Shown: piece after piece, positions 28,986-42,889 of the stretch
Position numbering within the stretch: the first letter of the stretch is position 1
Layout of the letters: each line of letters opens with the position of its first letter
NCBI GenBank assembly: GCA_964016885.1
Contig: OZ024741.1
Coordinates: 86,366,001-86,430,000, forward strand
From: Eledone cirrhosa
Lineage: Eukaryota
Direction: 5' to 3'
DNA: 64,000 nt
Position numbers and translations under genes: made by a program
The notes under the pieces: model-generated
What the model was told of the DNA's origin: nothing
Seen by the model: the letters and a program-made list of their open reading frames with translations, nothing else
The model's database searches: none

Positions 28986-30581
28986 ATAATGTATATAGTT
29001 ATTACAACTCAAACATAAGCAATATATACTCTCCAAGGTTGTCAGCAGATCCTTTGAGGTTGGATAGTATATTTGAAATATATCAGAAATTATAAATAAT
29101 ACCGAGGTAACAGAAACTCACATTCCTTGTTTTTCCTTTCCTTCTGCGCATTCTTACCACTTTCCTCTCTTATCTAGCTTTGTTACCTCATATTTACAAC
29201 CCCATCTGCATTGTAGTGGCTTCCGAAACACACACACACACATAAAATAGTCGTGCTTGTGACATGAAAAGAAAAGTGCCCAGACCATCCTGTAATGTGA
29301 TTGTGCTAGTGACATGACAAAAAAGTACCCAGTCCAAACTGTAACATGGTTGGCATTAAGAAAAGTATCCAGCCATAGAAACCAAGCCAAAATACAGATA
29401 TGTATGAGTAAGACGTAATCACCTGACCTTACTTGTCTCATAACATGACAACTCATCTAACCCATGCGAGCATTGAAAATAGATGTTAAACGATGATTAT
29501 GATGATAATGTGTATGTCCATATGTATATACTCTTTATTTTTCTCTTTTTACATGTTCCAGCCAGCAAACTGTGGCCATGCAGAAGCACTGCTATCATTG
29601 TTGCTACATTATACATAGTCCTCCTTCGAGTGGCTTTTGATGAATTAGGAAGTTTGATATTGCTGACCTCATAATGTTTGCCATGATGTAAGCTCATTCA
29701 TGATTTTAGATAGTAAATAGAAAGAGTAAAATAAAGAGATAAAAGTTGAGAGGAAAAGCAAAATAAATGGAGGGAAAGCAAAATAAACATACATTTACTC
29801 TCTCTCTGAGTATTTTAAGCTGTGATCATGTCATAGCTACCTCAATTCAGGAGTAAGAGTTGTGGACGCAAGCATTTAATTTTCCTAATACTTCATCAGC
29901 ACTTGCTTTTGGTGAGGTATAAAATACAATATTGTCTTATCGTGTAAACAAACTATTTTGTGTGAAAGCTTATTTACATATAACGCAAGATTGAATGGTT
30001 AATATTAATTAGCAATACCACCAACAAAGTACCAGTTTTTATATATAGTTAAAGATTTCCTTTCGAGAAATTATCTCCCTTGTTTTTTTTCGAGTTGCTA
30101 AAAATTACTGAACTTTTATTCTTTATTCATCTAAACAAAATATTTCAATTCATCATTAGATATATCACCCCTTTACATAACTAAATTCATGCCATTGACA
30201 CACTTAGGTTCTCTTTGCTCGTTTTATTTCTTATAATTATGCAAAATATTAATGGCCCAAAATTCTTCATAACACTTTTTATCTACCTGTCAAGCTTGAA
30301 TAGACCAGTGTATGATGGTAGGCTCCAATAAGACTGAAGGATCACCATAGCTGCCCCCAAATGTCAAAACAAAGATCAAATTTTCTCAAAGCATGTTAAT
30401 TAATTTTTTGAAAATATTTCTTAACTTCTTGAAATTATCTTCACTTTCCTTTGCTCTGCCCAAGAGAGAAATTTCACACAAACTGATAGTCTAAAACATT
30501 ACCTTCACACCAATTTCATTGAAAAAAAAAACATGAAGATTTGAAAATAAATATAGCAGCTTTGTAATTTTATCTGTAGAG

Positions 30582-30614
<33 letters not shown>

Positions 30615-31559
30615 TAGAGAATATATACACAAATTTGAGTATATACACACATGCTTCTTATCAGATTTTACAGAATATATAAGCTTTAAGCTTTATCCAA
30701 ACATTATTATCAAAAATATATTTAAAAAATAAAAAGAATAATAATAATTGTTTTCTTTAATATTAAATTAAGTATATAAGAATATGTTTAAAGAATATAG
30801 GAAAAATGTTATTTATTTTATAACTCATCACCAAAACCACCTATATAGTCTTTAAACAATTGTTGTACTGTGTTTTTCCATGCATTTGTTTTTAATGATT
30901 CTGTTACACCTTTGACTGTGCTTACACTATATTACTTTCACCCTTTCGTTACCATATTTCTTATAAAAGATACTTATTTTGAAAATAATTGAGAATTTTG
31001 AGAGATTTGGTAATATAACTAACTTGTTATTAAGATGGTGTTTAGAGCATATCTTAAGAAAGGTCTTTACACAGAATTATGATGGAAGGTTTAAAATAAA
31101 CAGCTTGGTATCATAAAACTATGGGTGGTTTGGAGCAATTTAGTATCAAAAGGGTTAATAGATGTATAACATTTATTTTCCTTTCATTGATGATATGATT
31201 TCATTTCCTTAACTATACTCTAAATATTTTGCTGCATCCTTCATCTGTAGAACTTCATTCACTGAGCTGATTCCCATTCATTAAATTATATTACCTTACT
31301 CTTCTACCTCATCACCATTAAGACTATAGATTTTGCCATGCCTTTCTATATCAACAATGTAAACAAAAATAGCTAAGTAGCAAATATATATATTTTATAA
31401 TGGATTATTTTTTACTGAAATAATATTAAATGTAGTTCTTGAAAACATATCATTAACTCTTTCAAGATTATTTTAAATAAGCAAACTGCTGATGTGTTTT
31501 AATTAAATTTTCAACATATTCAAGATTTTGGAGGGGTTTTATAAAATAACTGTAACTCT

Positions 31560-31790
31560 CAGGGGTGGTGGAACTGGGGAGGGGGCAGGGGGAGGGACAT
31601 GGCTCCTCCAATAATTATATTTTTCTCCCAAAACTACCAAAACACATTTATTTGTATATGCGCTACAATTTATGTACATGTGTTTATTGCATATCAAAGT
31701 TTTTTTTATAGTTGATATTTGATAATAAACTAATCACTACAACTAAATAGATCAACCCCCCCCCCTTCAGAAATGTTTCCACTGCCCCTG
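31560..31790. mobile_element. MITE with CAGGGG termini
   Basis: CAGGGGTGGTGGAA ... TTCCACTGCCCCTG terminal inverted repeats, with ACTCT on both flanks. Confidence 0.5.
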
Positions 31791-32365
31791 ACTCTATTGT
31801 ATTGATTTAACGCCAGGTTTGCCCTGATTGAGCAAATCTGTGATTTCAGCCATGATTATCCTGTCGTTTTAAGGGAGTGTATCCAATGTGTCCATTCCTT
31901 TTTCAAAATGGTAAGATTGGATATAACAGAGATGCTATTTCTAGCATTTTAAGCAACTACTTAGAGAATCCTTCATTGAGATATATTAGTGTATTATGCT
32001 AGTGTTGGCTAACTGAAATATCATTCAAACATATTGATCAAAATTTTAATTTAAATATGAACATTTTAGTACAGGCAGGTTTATATTTGCGAAAAACATT
32101 GGCAAAAACTGATATATATGAGGACGTATAGCAAATAGGTTCCTAATCGCAAAGAAGAACGTTCATAATTGATTACTAAAAGCTGACAATAAAATATACT
32201 TGAAAATGATAATCAGGCTTCTTGTAAACATACCCAATTATCTTGTAAATAAAACTCTTAAACATTTTAAATAATAATTTCTAGGTTTGATAAAATCAAT
32301 TTAATCCATTTGTAGTATCAAATACACTTGAAACAACTGGTTGATTTATGGCACCTAGGGTTATA

Positions 32366-32471
32366 TCAAGTTTTGACAATTGATCCATCTTCATTGAATT
32401 GGCCACAACTAGTTGACTTGTATTCATCTAAACTATCCAATTCACTTGCCTCGGTATCATTGATTTCAGTT
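32366..32471 (-). CDS. L1CAM/neuroglian-family gene, last coding exon (cytoplasmic tail, FIGQY motif absent)
   Basis: ttaacacag acceptor. Translation (K)TEINDTEASELDSLDEYKSTSCGQFNEDGSIVKT*; DSL.EY....QFNEDGS is the L1-family cytoplasmic signature. Confidence 0.88.
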
Positions 32472-32547
32472 CTGTGTTAATGAAAAAGAAATGTTAAAGA
32501 TATTTATTTAAACAAGGCTTTGGTGACTTACAGAGTACTGAGAAATT

Positions 32548-33045
32548 TGAAATTTGGAAACATAGTTTCCACAATGCAAATAACTATAATAATTGTTTTG
32601 TACTTTTGGCACAAGGCCAGCAATTACTCACTGCTTTACTGGTACTTTATTTTATCGACCCCGTAAGGATGAAAGGCAAAGTTAACCTCGGCAGGATTTG
32701 AACTCAGAATGGCAAGGGCCGTAACTATATGCGTCAAAGCATGGTGTCCGACCTTCTACCGATACTGCCAATCTATAATACTAGTTGTTAACTATAGATA
32801 ATAGTTGAACAAATAGGTAAAGTACCTTTGGTGAGGCCTGCAGGGAACTGAACCAAGTATCTCTCATATACCAGGTACACAAGTAATGATTCATTTTGAT
32901 TCCTTACAGGTCTCTCTGTTCATTTTTTTCCATCTCCAGAAATATTTTACCCAATTTATTCAACTATTATTTATAGATATCTGTATTTTGGCAACTAGTT
33001 TCATTATAGTTATCTGCATTGTGGTGACTATGTTTTCAAATTTTT
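32548..33045. repeat. Old fold-back palindromic element (interrupted by a SINE); paralog at about 39270-39520
   Basis: AAACATAGTTTCCACAATGCAAATAACTAT...TAGATAATAGTTGAA versus TTCAACTATTATTTATAG...ATAGTTATCTGCATTGTGGTGACTATGTTT. The same arms recur at 39270-39455. Confidence 0.65.
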
Positions 33046-33857
33046 AAAGATATTTATTAAATATGATGCATTTTGAGGATTATTTGTTGAACACTATTAA
33101 AATGAGACATTAGAACTAGAATATATTATGGAGAATTGTGTATTCAAATTAATCTAAACAGCAAAGTCAATTCTGAAAACTAACCTCCCTGACATCACTA
33201 TTAAATAATTAACTCAACATTTATTGATCCAGTTTGTTTCTTTGTATGATATTTCATCATGTTGTCAAGGCTGAACTACAGCTACAATCCATCCAACAGA
33301 CTATCACATAGTTTCTCACTTCCTGATTTCATTAAAAAATGATTGAATTACATGTGTGTCTTTGTGTTCCTGCATTCACACATACACACACACATTGCTT
33401 TACATGAATACATTTGTAATTTGTAATAGTTTTATTAAGTCCTTTAAATCTATAAAACCTTTAGCCATATATATTTTCCAATATCACCAATCTGTCCCGC
33501 TTATAAATTCTCTTATGATAGGGAATCTTTTTTTCAGAATATCTAAGATTTTATTTGTTTGGTATGGAAGAAAGGGCCATGCTCATCTCCTGCTGACATC
33601 AATGAGATTGATATCACACTAACACATTACTATTTTGTCCTATGTCTCCCCAAAGAGAAATAAAGAAATATTGTGTGTGAAGCTCAATTTTTCGAACTTA
33701 CTAAACCGAGGAAATAAATTTATAAAAAGATGTAGGAAGCTCAGTTGCAGACAATAACTGCAATTACAGCTATTTATAAGGCTATTTTATAGAAACTGAC
33801 CGTGATTGCATTCATTGTGTCTGAATTGCCTATATATTCTGCAAGCAGGGATGTAAA

Positions 33858-33893
<36 letters not shown>

Positions 33894-33894
33894 A

Positions 33895-33929
<35 letters not shown>

Positions 33930-33930
33930 T

Positions 33931-33965
<35 letters not shown>

Positions 33966-34456
33966 CATACACACACACACACACACATATATAAATATAT
34001 ATATATATAGACGCAGGACATGGCAGCGATAATGAGGGACAGAGACCGCTGGAGAGAACTCGTCCATGGATCTCAGGAATTTTACCCGCCTTAGATAGAT
34101 ATATATATAGAGAGAGAATTTCTCAACCCATGCTACCTAAGATTTCAAAGCCTACTCTAGCTTAGGTCTTAGAGACAGTATATCTGCTAGTGCTGCTTAT
34201 CTTTCAGGCAATAATACCAAGGTATTACCTGAAACATAAGCAACACTAACAGATATAGCATCTCTATGACCTATACTAGAATAGGCTTTGAAACTTTAGC
34301 CAGCATGCAACTGTGTTGAGAGATTATTTATAATAATATGCTTTAGCTATGTACTTAGCATAGAGCGCTTTTTTTCCTTTATCTAATCTGTAGAAACACT
34401 TGACACTATGTGTGTGTGTATCTAAATATATATATATATGTATGTTGTATACTTAC

Positions 34457-34496
34457 TTCTGTTCTTCTTCATCATTATAAAGGCAATCATCTTTCA
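34457..34496 (-). CDS. L1CAM/neuroglian-family gene, 40-nt cytoplasmic exon
   Basis: Polypyrimidine tract plus cag acceptor and a GTAAGT donor. Phase 1-2 translation (M)KDDCLYNDEEEQ(K) bridges the neighbouring exons in frame. Confidence 0.8.
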
Positions 34497-35494
34497 CTGA
34501 TAAGGAACAAAAAAAAAAGAACAGTTTAATTTTAATAATGTTAAATGTTTTAAATTGAGATGTAACTGTCCTGAACAAGACAATCTAGCACCACCAATTC
34601 AGTGCAACCAGAATTTGAGAGGTACACAGTTTGATTCTCTATAGCAGAAGGGTATTTTACCCAATTTTCTAAGCTGTGTTCACAGCTATTTTTCTGTATT
34701 TGAAACTTTCCACATTTCTAATCATACCTATCTATATATATAAAATAGGTGACAAATTGGCAGAAGTGTTGGAATGTCAGATTGAATGCTTTTCTCTTTG
34801 AGTTCAACTCCTGCTGAAGTCAACTTTGCCTTTCTTCCTTTAAAAGTCGATAAAAAAAATGTACCAGTTCTCGTACTGGGGTCGATTCTTCCTCTATATC
34901 TCTTTCTCACTTTCTCTCTCTCTGATTCTCTATCCTTATCTGGAGGAAATCTGCTATGTTCAAACCTAGAGAAGAGATGGGTTCTGCCCTGATGGTGCAT
35001 CAAATAATTGTTTCTACTTTTGGCACAAGGCCAGCAATTACCCAGTGCATTACTGGTACTTTATTTTATCGACCCCGTAAGGATGAAAGGCAAAGTTAAC
35101 CTCGACGGGATTTGAACTCAGAATGGCAAGGGCCATAACTCTATGTGTCAAAGCATGGTGTCCGACCCTCTACCCATACTGCCAATCCACGCCCTAAGGA
35201 AAGTAGTCCAAGAAACACAAGTTTCTTTACCAGATGAAGCAATGATCCGGTACTATGGTCATGGGGTTACACTGTTTAAGGAAAGATTTATAATAATAAT
35301 AATTGTTTCTACTTTAGGCACAAGGCCAGCAATTACCCAGTACATTACTGGTACTTTATTTTATCGACCCCGTAAGGATGAAAGGCAAAGTTAACCTCGG
35401 CGGGATTTGAACTCAGACTGTAAAGGGACATAAGGGACGTAACTATGCTAGAAAACATGGCGTCCAACCCTCTACCGACACTGCCAATTCAATG

Positions 35495-37074
35495 CTTATA
35501 ATAATGAAAATATTGTGTACAGTGCTCAGGTGCACTACAACTCATCAAAAGTGTATGTATAGTACATAGGGTAATGTATAAACGCCAGGAAAATGAACAG
35601 TGCATGAGTCATGATATACACATGTGTGCATGTGTATGGAAGGGGGACATCAGGTGTACTTTTGGCGAATTTCGGGAAGCATGAGGGTTTTAAAGGATGC
35701 AGTGTCTCGGCAGCTAACAACTGACGCAGGCAGTTTGTTCCATGCTTCAGCAACTCTAAGCATGAAAAAATGTTTCCGAAAGTCATGGGAGCTGTGCTGT
35801 TTTCTGACTTTGCAGGCATGTCCATGTGTGTTAGACACATGGAGATAAAAAAGGTGCTCAGGGTTGTTGTTGGCGAGATGGTTAATAATTTTGTGGGTTT
35901 TCACCAAGTCCATTGCCAGACGTCGGAGCTTCAATGAATCCATGCCCAGGGAAGCAAGGTGTTCAGCGTATGGTAGGTGTCTGATGGAGGGTATGCGCTT
36001 GGTTGCACATCTCTGAACAGTTTCCAGGCGGTTAATGTTCTGAGCAAGATAGGGGTTCCAGACTGATGATGCGAATTCCAAGTGTGGTCGTACCATAGCT
36101 GTATACAGTTTTAAATAGATGGCTGGAGAGCGGCTAACAAAGGTCTTGCTGAGTGATGCCAAGACACCCTCAGCCTTCTTGACAATCTTAGAGATGTGCT
36201 TTGTCCAACGCAAATCGCTGCTGACAGTAATGCCCAGGTCACGTTCACAAGAGGACTTCTTGATATCAGTGTTGTGGAGGGAGTATGTGGACGCTGGATT
36301 TTTCCTCCCAAAATGCATGGTGGTACACTTGTCTACAGCCAGCTTCAGTTGCCAGTCTGTGATCCATTGCTGCATTGTGTCCAGGTCTGATTGTAAGAAA
36401 GAGTTATAGATTTCAGGATCTGTCCTTTTGATTTCAAGGTACAGCTTGATGTCATCTGCATATTTCAGTACTGTGGCATTCTTTAAGTTGGCATCTATGT
36501 CATTAATGTATGCAACAAACAAAAGAGGACCAAGAACAGATCCCTGTGGTACACCAGATGACATCTCATATGGTGAAGAATGCTGTCCTAGAACCGTGAC
36601 TACCTCTTTTTGGCTGAGAATGAAGGATTTCAACCAATTAAAAAGATCATCCTTCACACCCAATCCAGAGAGTTTCGCTATAAGTCTTTTGTGTGGTACA
36701 GAATTAAAAGCCTTAGCGAAGTCAAGGTAAACAACATCCACCCATGAGCCCCTGTCAGTGATCCGGGTAATGTTTCAAGGAACTCGATAAGCTGATCACA
36801 GCAGCTGGAGTTAGGGATAAATCCAAATTGCGAGGGTCAGATGAGGCTGTGAGAGCTCCAGAAGTTCCAAAGTGTTTCTCTGACACAGGATTCCATCAGT
36901 TTGGCCATACAGCTAGTAAGACTGACTGGATGATAGTTGACAGGTGACGTGCAGTCGCCCTTTTTGAACAGGGGAATGACACTGGCAGTTTTCCACTGCA
37001 CCGGAGTAGCACCATTGTTGAGACAGTTTTGAAAGAAAAAAGAAAGCTGGTGCAAAAGGAAGTACCCGCCACGG
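35495..37074 (-). mobile_element. 5'-truncated CR1-type LINE, RT ORF 35650-36741
   Basis: DVVYLDFAKAFNSVPH, SGVPQGSVLGPLLF, KYADDIKLY, ERDLGI, VRPHLEFASSVWNPY. There are upstream stops and frameshifts, and an (ATT)n tail. Confidence 0.93.
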
Positions 37075-37141
37075 CAGGAAACCAAGTAGTAGATCCCTAG
37101 CAAGATGTTTGGATAACATTCATAACCTTGCTTGGTCTAAC

Positions 37142-37192
37142 TTATAAATCCAGCTGGATCATTTGGAAACAGTTGCTTCTGATAGGACCCAA
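37142..37192 (-). CDS. L1CAM/neuroglian-family gene, juxtamembrane cytoplasmic exon
   Basis: ttttcttcag acceptor; translation (V)GSYQKQLFPNDPAGFI. The donor A|GTTAGA keeps phase 1-1, but the donor position is less certain. Confidence 0.7.
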   Translation of the reverse strand: MGPIRSNCFQMIQLDL

Positions 37193-38544
37193 CTGAAGAA
37201 AACAATTATTTTTAATTTTGTATCTCATTAAATTTCTTTGACAGTAAATTGTCTTGTGCAGAAATCTTGGCAAACCACTTTAAACAATAGTTTAGAAGAA
37301 TCATTCAATACTCTCAAATAATTATGATAACAAATCAAATGTCTTCAACCAACAACTTACCAACGATTGAATAAATGTCCTCAAATATGTCCTCCATTAC
37401 CCTAATACATTCAGATCTTATCATCTTACAACCAGTGTTTGTATTGCTACCATAAAAATATTTCTTATTGTGAGCTGGTTTTCATTAAAAAACAACAGAA
37501 TTTGAGTAAAAACAAAACAAGTTCTTATCATTGATGTAAAGTCTTCAACCATGTTTTGCATTAGATACATTTGGTGAAGCTGTTTGTCTCTGAGCTCCGT
37601 TGGACACTAAAGGTTTCTTTATATGTAATTCTGGTACAGTAAATGTTAACAGTTCTCTCCAACTATCATTCTATGAACTGATACATACACCTCAGCTCAA
37701 ATAGCAATATATTGTTTTCTTCTTTCCCGCTTCCAGTTTATCCATTCTCACATTTTGCAAACTTACAAGTCTACAACCACACAACTTAAACACCACTTCC
37801 CAGGTCTACTTCCCTAAACAATGAGGACATTACTTTTATAAATTTTATTTTGCTAGGTCTGGAAGAAGGGGCAGAGTCCATGACATTCACATGTACTGTA
37901 TTGGAAGAAGGGGCAGAGTCCATGGCATTTACATGTACTGTATTGGAAAAATAGGGCCTCTCTTTAATTAAGGCACTTTGCCTAATAGTTAGTTAATTTG
38001 GGTCTGAACAACTAATTTTCAAAAATTCAAATTAAACATCAACCACAGGAACCACATACATCCATATTTCCTAGTTTGACAGGATGTAAAAGGAATTTGC
38101 ACCCCTCCCCCTTCAGATTTATTTATTAAATAAGAAGTTATTAATTATTTAATTAAACTTACGCAAGCACCTTTACACACACACACACTCACTCGCACAC
38201 ACACACACACACACACACTCACTCTCACTAGAGTCATTAGAATATCAGATGGAGTGCCTTGTGGCATCTGCTTCAGCTCTCTGTGCTCTGTGTTCAAATT
38301 CTGCCACGGTCAACTTTGCCTTTCATCCTTTCACGGTCAAAAAGTACTAGTCCAGTACTGGGGGCAATTCTTCCTCTATATTTTTTTTCACCCCCGCCTC
38401 CTATACATGGGAAGAATAAATATTGGTTTCTTTTGTTGTGTTATAAATCATCTCTGTTTTTTTTTATAGGGCAGAAATGTGATGTTTATGAATTAAATTT
38501 TATTCCATGAAAATCATTTAGTAAATGTTTGCAAAAATACTCAC

Positions 38545-38670
38545 CGTGGTACTTCTTTTCGCGTTCACATTTGATGACACAGATTAGGATGAAAATTAGG
38601 AGAAGCACACAAATAGCAATCATCATAATCAAGAACCAAGTGGTTTCAAGAAAATCCCAAGCTGTTTCAC
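38545..38670 (-). CDS. L1CAM/neuroglian-family gene, transmembrane exon
   Basis: atag acceptor and GTGAGT donor. Translation (G)ETAWDFLETTWFLIMMIAICVLLLIFILICVIKCEREKKYH(V) parallels the L1/neuroglian pattern WFIGMM.A...LLI..I.C.I.R.RGGKY.V. Confidence 0.88.
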
Positions 38671-38740
38671 CTATGAAATGAATATAAGCCAATGAAATAT
38701 TTAGTAATTGAAAGCTCGTTTGTTTTTCATAATAGAATTA

Positions 38741-39126
38741 TGAAAGCACATGGCTTAGTGGTTAGAGCATTGGGCTTGCAATCAAAAGGTTGTGAGTTCA
38801 ATTCTCAGACCGGGTGATGTGTTGTTTCCTTGAGCAAGACACTTTATTTCACATTTCTCCAGTTTACTCAGCTGTAGAAATGAGATGATAGGACTGGGGT
38901 CCCTATCATTCCACTGCAAAGTGGTCGTGGAGGGGCCACGGCAAAAAAGCACCCAGCCCACACTGTAAAGTGGACGTGTAGGCGCCACGGAAAAAAAAAG
39001 CACCCAGCACTCACTGTAAATTGGTGTTAGGAAGGGCATCCAGCTGTAAAAATCAAGCCAGAATCAGTTCCCATCCCACCCTTGCAAGCAGGGAAAAGCG
39101 GATGTAAAATGATGATGATGATGATG
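38741..39126 (+). mobile_element. tRNA-headed SINE with RTE-type (GAT)n tail; near-identical copy at 61006-61396 (-), 3' part at 62540-62800
   Basis: A-box TGGCTTAGTGG, B-box GAGTTCAATTC, core CTTGAGCAAGACACTT, and tail GGAAGGGCATCCAGC...ATGATGATG. Confidence 0.8.
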
Positions 39127-39628
39127 AATTACTGATTCGATACTCATGGAAGCTTCCACATACAAACAATGTGATTCTGAAAGCAGAATATATCTATAAT
39201 TTACAGAATATTATTTAATTGCCTTAGAAGGGAAAACAAGACTTGGTTGACTTAGGAAGCATTGGGAAATTTAAAAATATAGTTACCACAATGCAGATAA
39301 CTATAGATAATAGTTGAATAAATTGGGTAAAGTACTTTTGGAGACATCAAATAAGGACAGAGGCTCTTTGTTCATTTATCCACAGGCATCTTTGTCCCCT
39401 GTTTCCCCTCTCCAGAGGTACTTTACCTGATTTATTCAGCTATTATTTATAACTATCAACTATTATTAGTTGTAAGAAACTCTCAGAAGAGTTGGACAGT
39501 AGAAGGTCTTCAGTGAAGAAAATCTCCTCATGCTAGTGCTTTGGCCCTTAGATTGTAGTGACTATATTTTAAAATATTAATTCCCTTAATTTGATGGTTT
39601 CTAATGATATGAATGGGAAGATGATATT

Positions 39629-40389
39629 TGTAATGGAATTCTTCTATGTTTTACCTGGCGGAGATTCGAAATCGAATCCAAATTTTCTCGCCTCTAAAAC
39701 CACCTATTGTTAGGTATTCTTACCATTGTCCTGTTGTCAAAAGACAACTATGATAAACATATATACCACTTGACCTGTGACCCCATACACTTGACAGACG
39801 ATAGACACATGGCCACTATTGTCTCAAAAACCATATAACATCCTTCTAGTTATAGTATTCTTATAAATACAATCGCTTCGAGAACTGAACGAGAGATAGT
39901 GATTAACTTAGACGACAGAAGAACAGTTCTATTAACGCTATAGATTCTCTTCACGAAATCAGTCTTCTACCTACTATCTTCTCACGATTCTTACCCACTT
40001 GACAGCTTGACCACTACTACAAAAACCATGTATGCTAAGGATAAACACACACACACAGTAGGTCTCCTTATATTGTTGCCTTCTACACTTTATCTATCCT
40101 TTCGACTTCCTGTCATTTCTCTACTACTGCAAAGTATAACACAACTTATATTGTATCGTTTTATTTGATACATGCATTTATGCTAATCCGAAGTAGCTAG
40201 TAAGACAATTAATGTAGTGATAATTATGTCACGATTTTATTACTCAATATTTGATGTGCCAACAAGTGAATTTTATTATTATAAAATAAACATTGTCAAC
40301 AACATCACAATTCTTCATCGTTCTTTTTATCATTCATCCTGCAAAGAATGCATCCTATCCGCTACACAATGGTGACCCCTATCACTACA
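39629..40389 (+). mobile_element. Probable solo LTR
   Basis: TGTAATG...CACTACA termini flanked by TATT on both sides. It has a TATA-like TATAAATA at about 39862, AATAAA at about 40285 and a PBS-like TGGTGACCCC near the 3' end. Confidence 0.5.
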
Positions 40390-42889
40390 TATTTATAGTT
40401 TTTTAAAATGTTAAGAAATCAAAGACAACAATGTTGATGATGTAGAAAAAAAGAGAAAGAGAGAGAGAGAGAGAGAGAGGTAGAGAGACATTGGGTGGGG
40501 CTGTATAACCAACTAATCAGAACCAAAGAAATATAGAATCTCAGACATCTTGATTGTTCCTGCTTAATTTATACTTTGATTAACAAAAGATTCAAAAGCA
40601 TGAATTATTTGATGGAGAAGGAAAGGAGATTCTGTTATTATCACTGAAGTAGTAGCAGAATGTTTAGGTTGTGAAGGAAATAAAAGAACTTTTGAGAATC
40701 TACTTGTATTCACATGAAAAAAAAAATCATTTGCTATATAAGGAAAGACAAAAGATATATGGTACTAGTGTCATGATAAAATGCACTTGAGATTATATGT
40801 AAACGAGATGGAGTTGTAGGGGTGCAGTATGTCATAGGTATTTTAAACCTAATGGAACCCATCCCTCTCCAGGCTGGAATACAACTGATTTCTTCCAGAG
40901 AAGGAGACAGAGAAAGAACCAAGCCCCAGTACTGGACTGGTACTTTATTTATTGACCTCAAAAGGATGGAAACAATGTTGACTTTGGTGGGATTTGAACT
41001 CAGAATGCAGTAAGTTGGAACAAATGAGCCATTTTTACTCCAATGCCCAAACGAATCTGCCAATTTGTCACCTTATGGACAGAACGACAAAGATATAATA
41101 TTCCTATAATGCAGAAATTAGCTGATAGTTCTGAATAACAACTTGAGGCAAGCTACTCTCCAGTTTTATTTATTTAGTTTTTTATATATACTTCCATGCT
41201 AGCATGGAAGATGGACGTTAAACGATGATGATGATGACTGAAGGTCACTACATAACAAAGATTTAAAGTCACTCAAGGTTATGACTTACATGACAGAATG
41301 GCCACAGAGAAAAGAATGATGAGAGAAAATGGAAGAGTGATTGTTATAAGCAAGAAAATAGCTATAGTAGGGGTCCAGCAATGAACGGGCAGCATGGTGA
41401 ACTAATAGTGCATACACAAAGTTTTAAATGACATGATTGAAGGAACTACATGTAGAGAATAGATGTTAGATATGTATTGGAACTCTGTCATGTCCAACAA
41501 CAAATTCTCCAGTTGATTCAATCAGTGGAGCTGCCTGTACATGATATTTACATGTAAGTGGTTGACCATTCCACAGACACACCCACCCTTAATGTAGTTC
41601 TCAGGGAGATTCAACATAACATAATGTGTGATAAAACTGGAAGAATTAACCCCATCACTAGACTGGTACTTTTTTTTATCAACCTCAAATGCATGAAAGA
41701 CAAAGTTGACCTCGACCCAATTTGAACTCAGAGATCAGAGAGCCAAAATGAATACCACAAAGCATTGTATCCGATGTTCTACAGCTATTTTTTGTCAGCT
41801 GAGTGAACTGAAGCAATGTGAAATAAAGTGTCTTGCTCATGTATACAACACATCACCTGGTCCAGGGATTGAACTCCTGACCTTACGACCATGAGCCCAG
41901 TACCCTGACTGCTATGGTTATATGGAGTGAAGTTATGAATGTCATGTTAGAAGTAACAGGAGAAGCAACATATGAGTGGAAGAGTAAAACAACAGAGTCT
42001 TTTTCCTCGTTAGGCTGTGTAGTTAGTCAATGTGATTTTATGAGCTCATGGGAAACCCAGAATTTCTGGCCAGGGTTTGGGGGATGAGTACGGTTCATGG
42101 ATTATGCAGCTTGACAACAGTGACATGGGGAGGACTGGGAAAGTAAGTGATTTTACGTTTCTCAGCTACACAGTGAGAGAGGTATGCCCAAAGTATCAAA
42201 GATGTGCCTGCTTTCAGAGATAATAAAAGGAAGTAGACATAGAGGTGTATTATGAAAGGTTGGTTGTTGATCAAAAAGGTTATAGGAAATGCTTAAATCC
42301 AGATGACTTTCTGGAAGTGTTTGCTCTTTTACTGCCTAGATGATATAATAAGCACTGAATGGTTAGAATAAAAAATAGATGAAAGAAATTTCAAGAGCCA
42401 TAGTCTCTATAGGTGTTTACTCATCATATGAGAAACAGTATTTGAATTACATTTAAGATAGGTGTTGCTACACAGCAGTGAAAGATTCCTTTTCACTGGT
42501 ACATATACAATATTGTACATGTATTTTCTCAAGTTGCTTGGGTCAAATATTATGAAAAAATTTAAGACATTGGCTGATGTATACAAGAGGAAAAACTATG
42601 GTAACCATCCTTATCATCCCTATTTTATTTGGAGCTTTTAGACAGATCAGAGAACCATATCTCACTTGTACGCTCCACTTTCGCATGATTTGTATGACTG
42701 GATGCCCTTTATTAAAATAAATTACACCTGAAAGACACACTACACCTAGTGTGGACTCTTTCTATAACTTTACTTGGAAAGTGAGTCCCACAAATTCAAA
42801 ATGCATTATATAATTCAAATGAACAGGTATATTGTTCAGAATCCGTTTATAGCATTTTTTAAAATAGAAATTCTTGGCAAGCTGATTAG

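Noticed and set aside
37260-37800. Coding-like composition, possible transposase relic
   Set aside because: Multiple stops in the frames examined and no motif that could be named.
37859-37947. Two-copy ~42-bp tandem repeat
   Set aside because: Ordinary local duplication with no spacers. This is eukaryotic DNA and no CRISPR-like array exists in the window.
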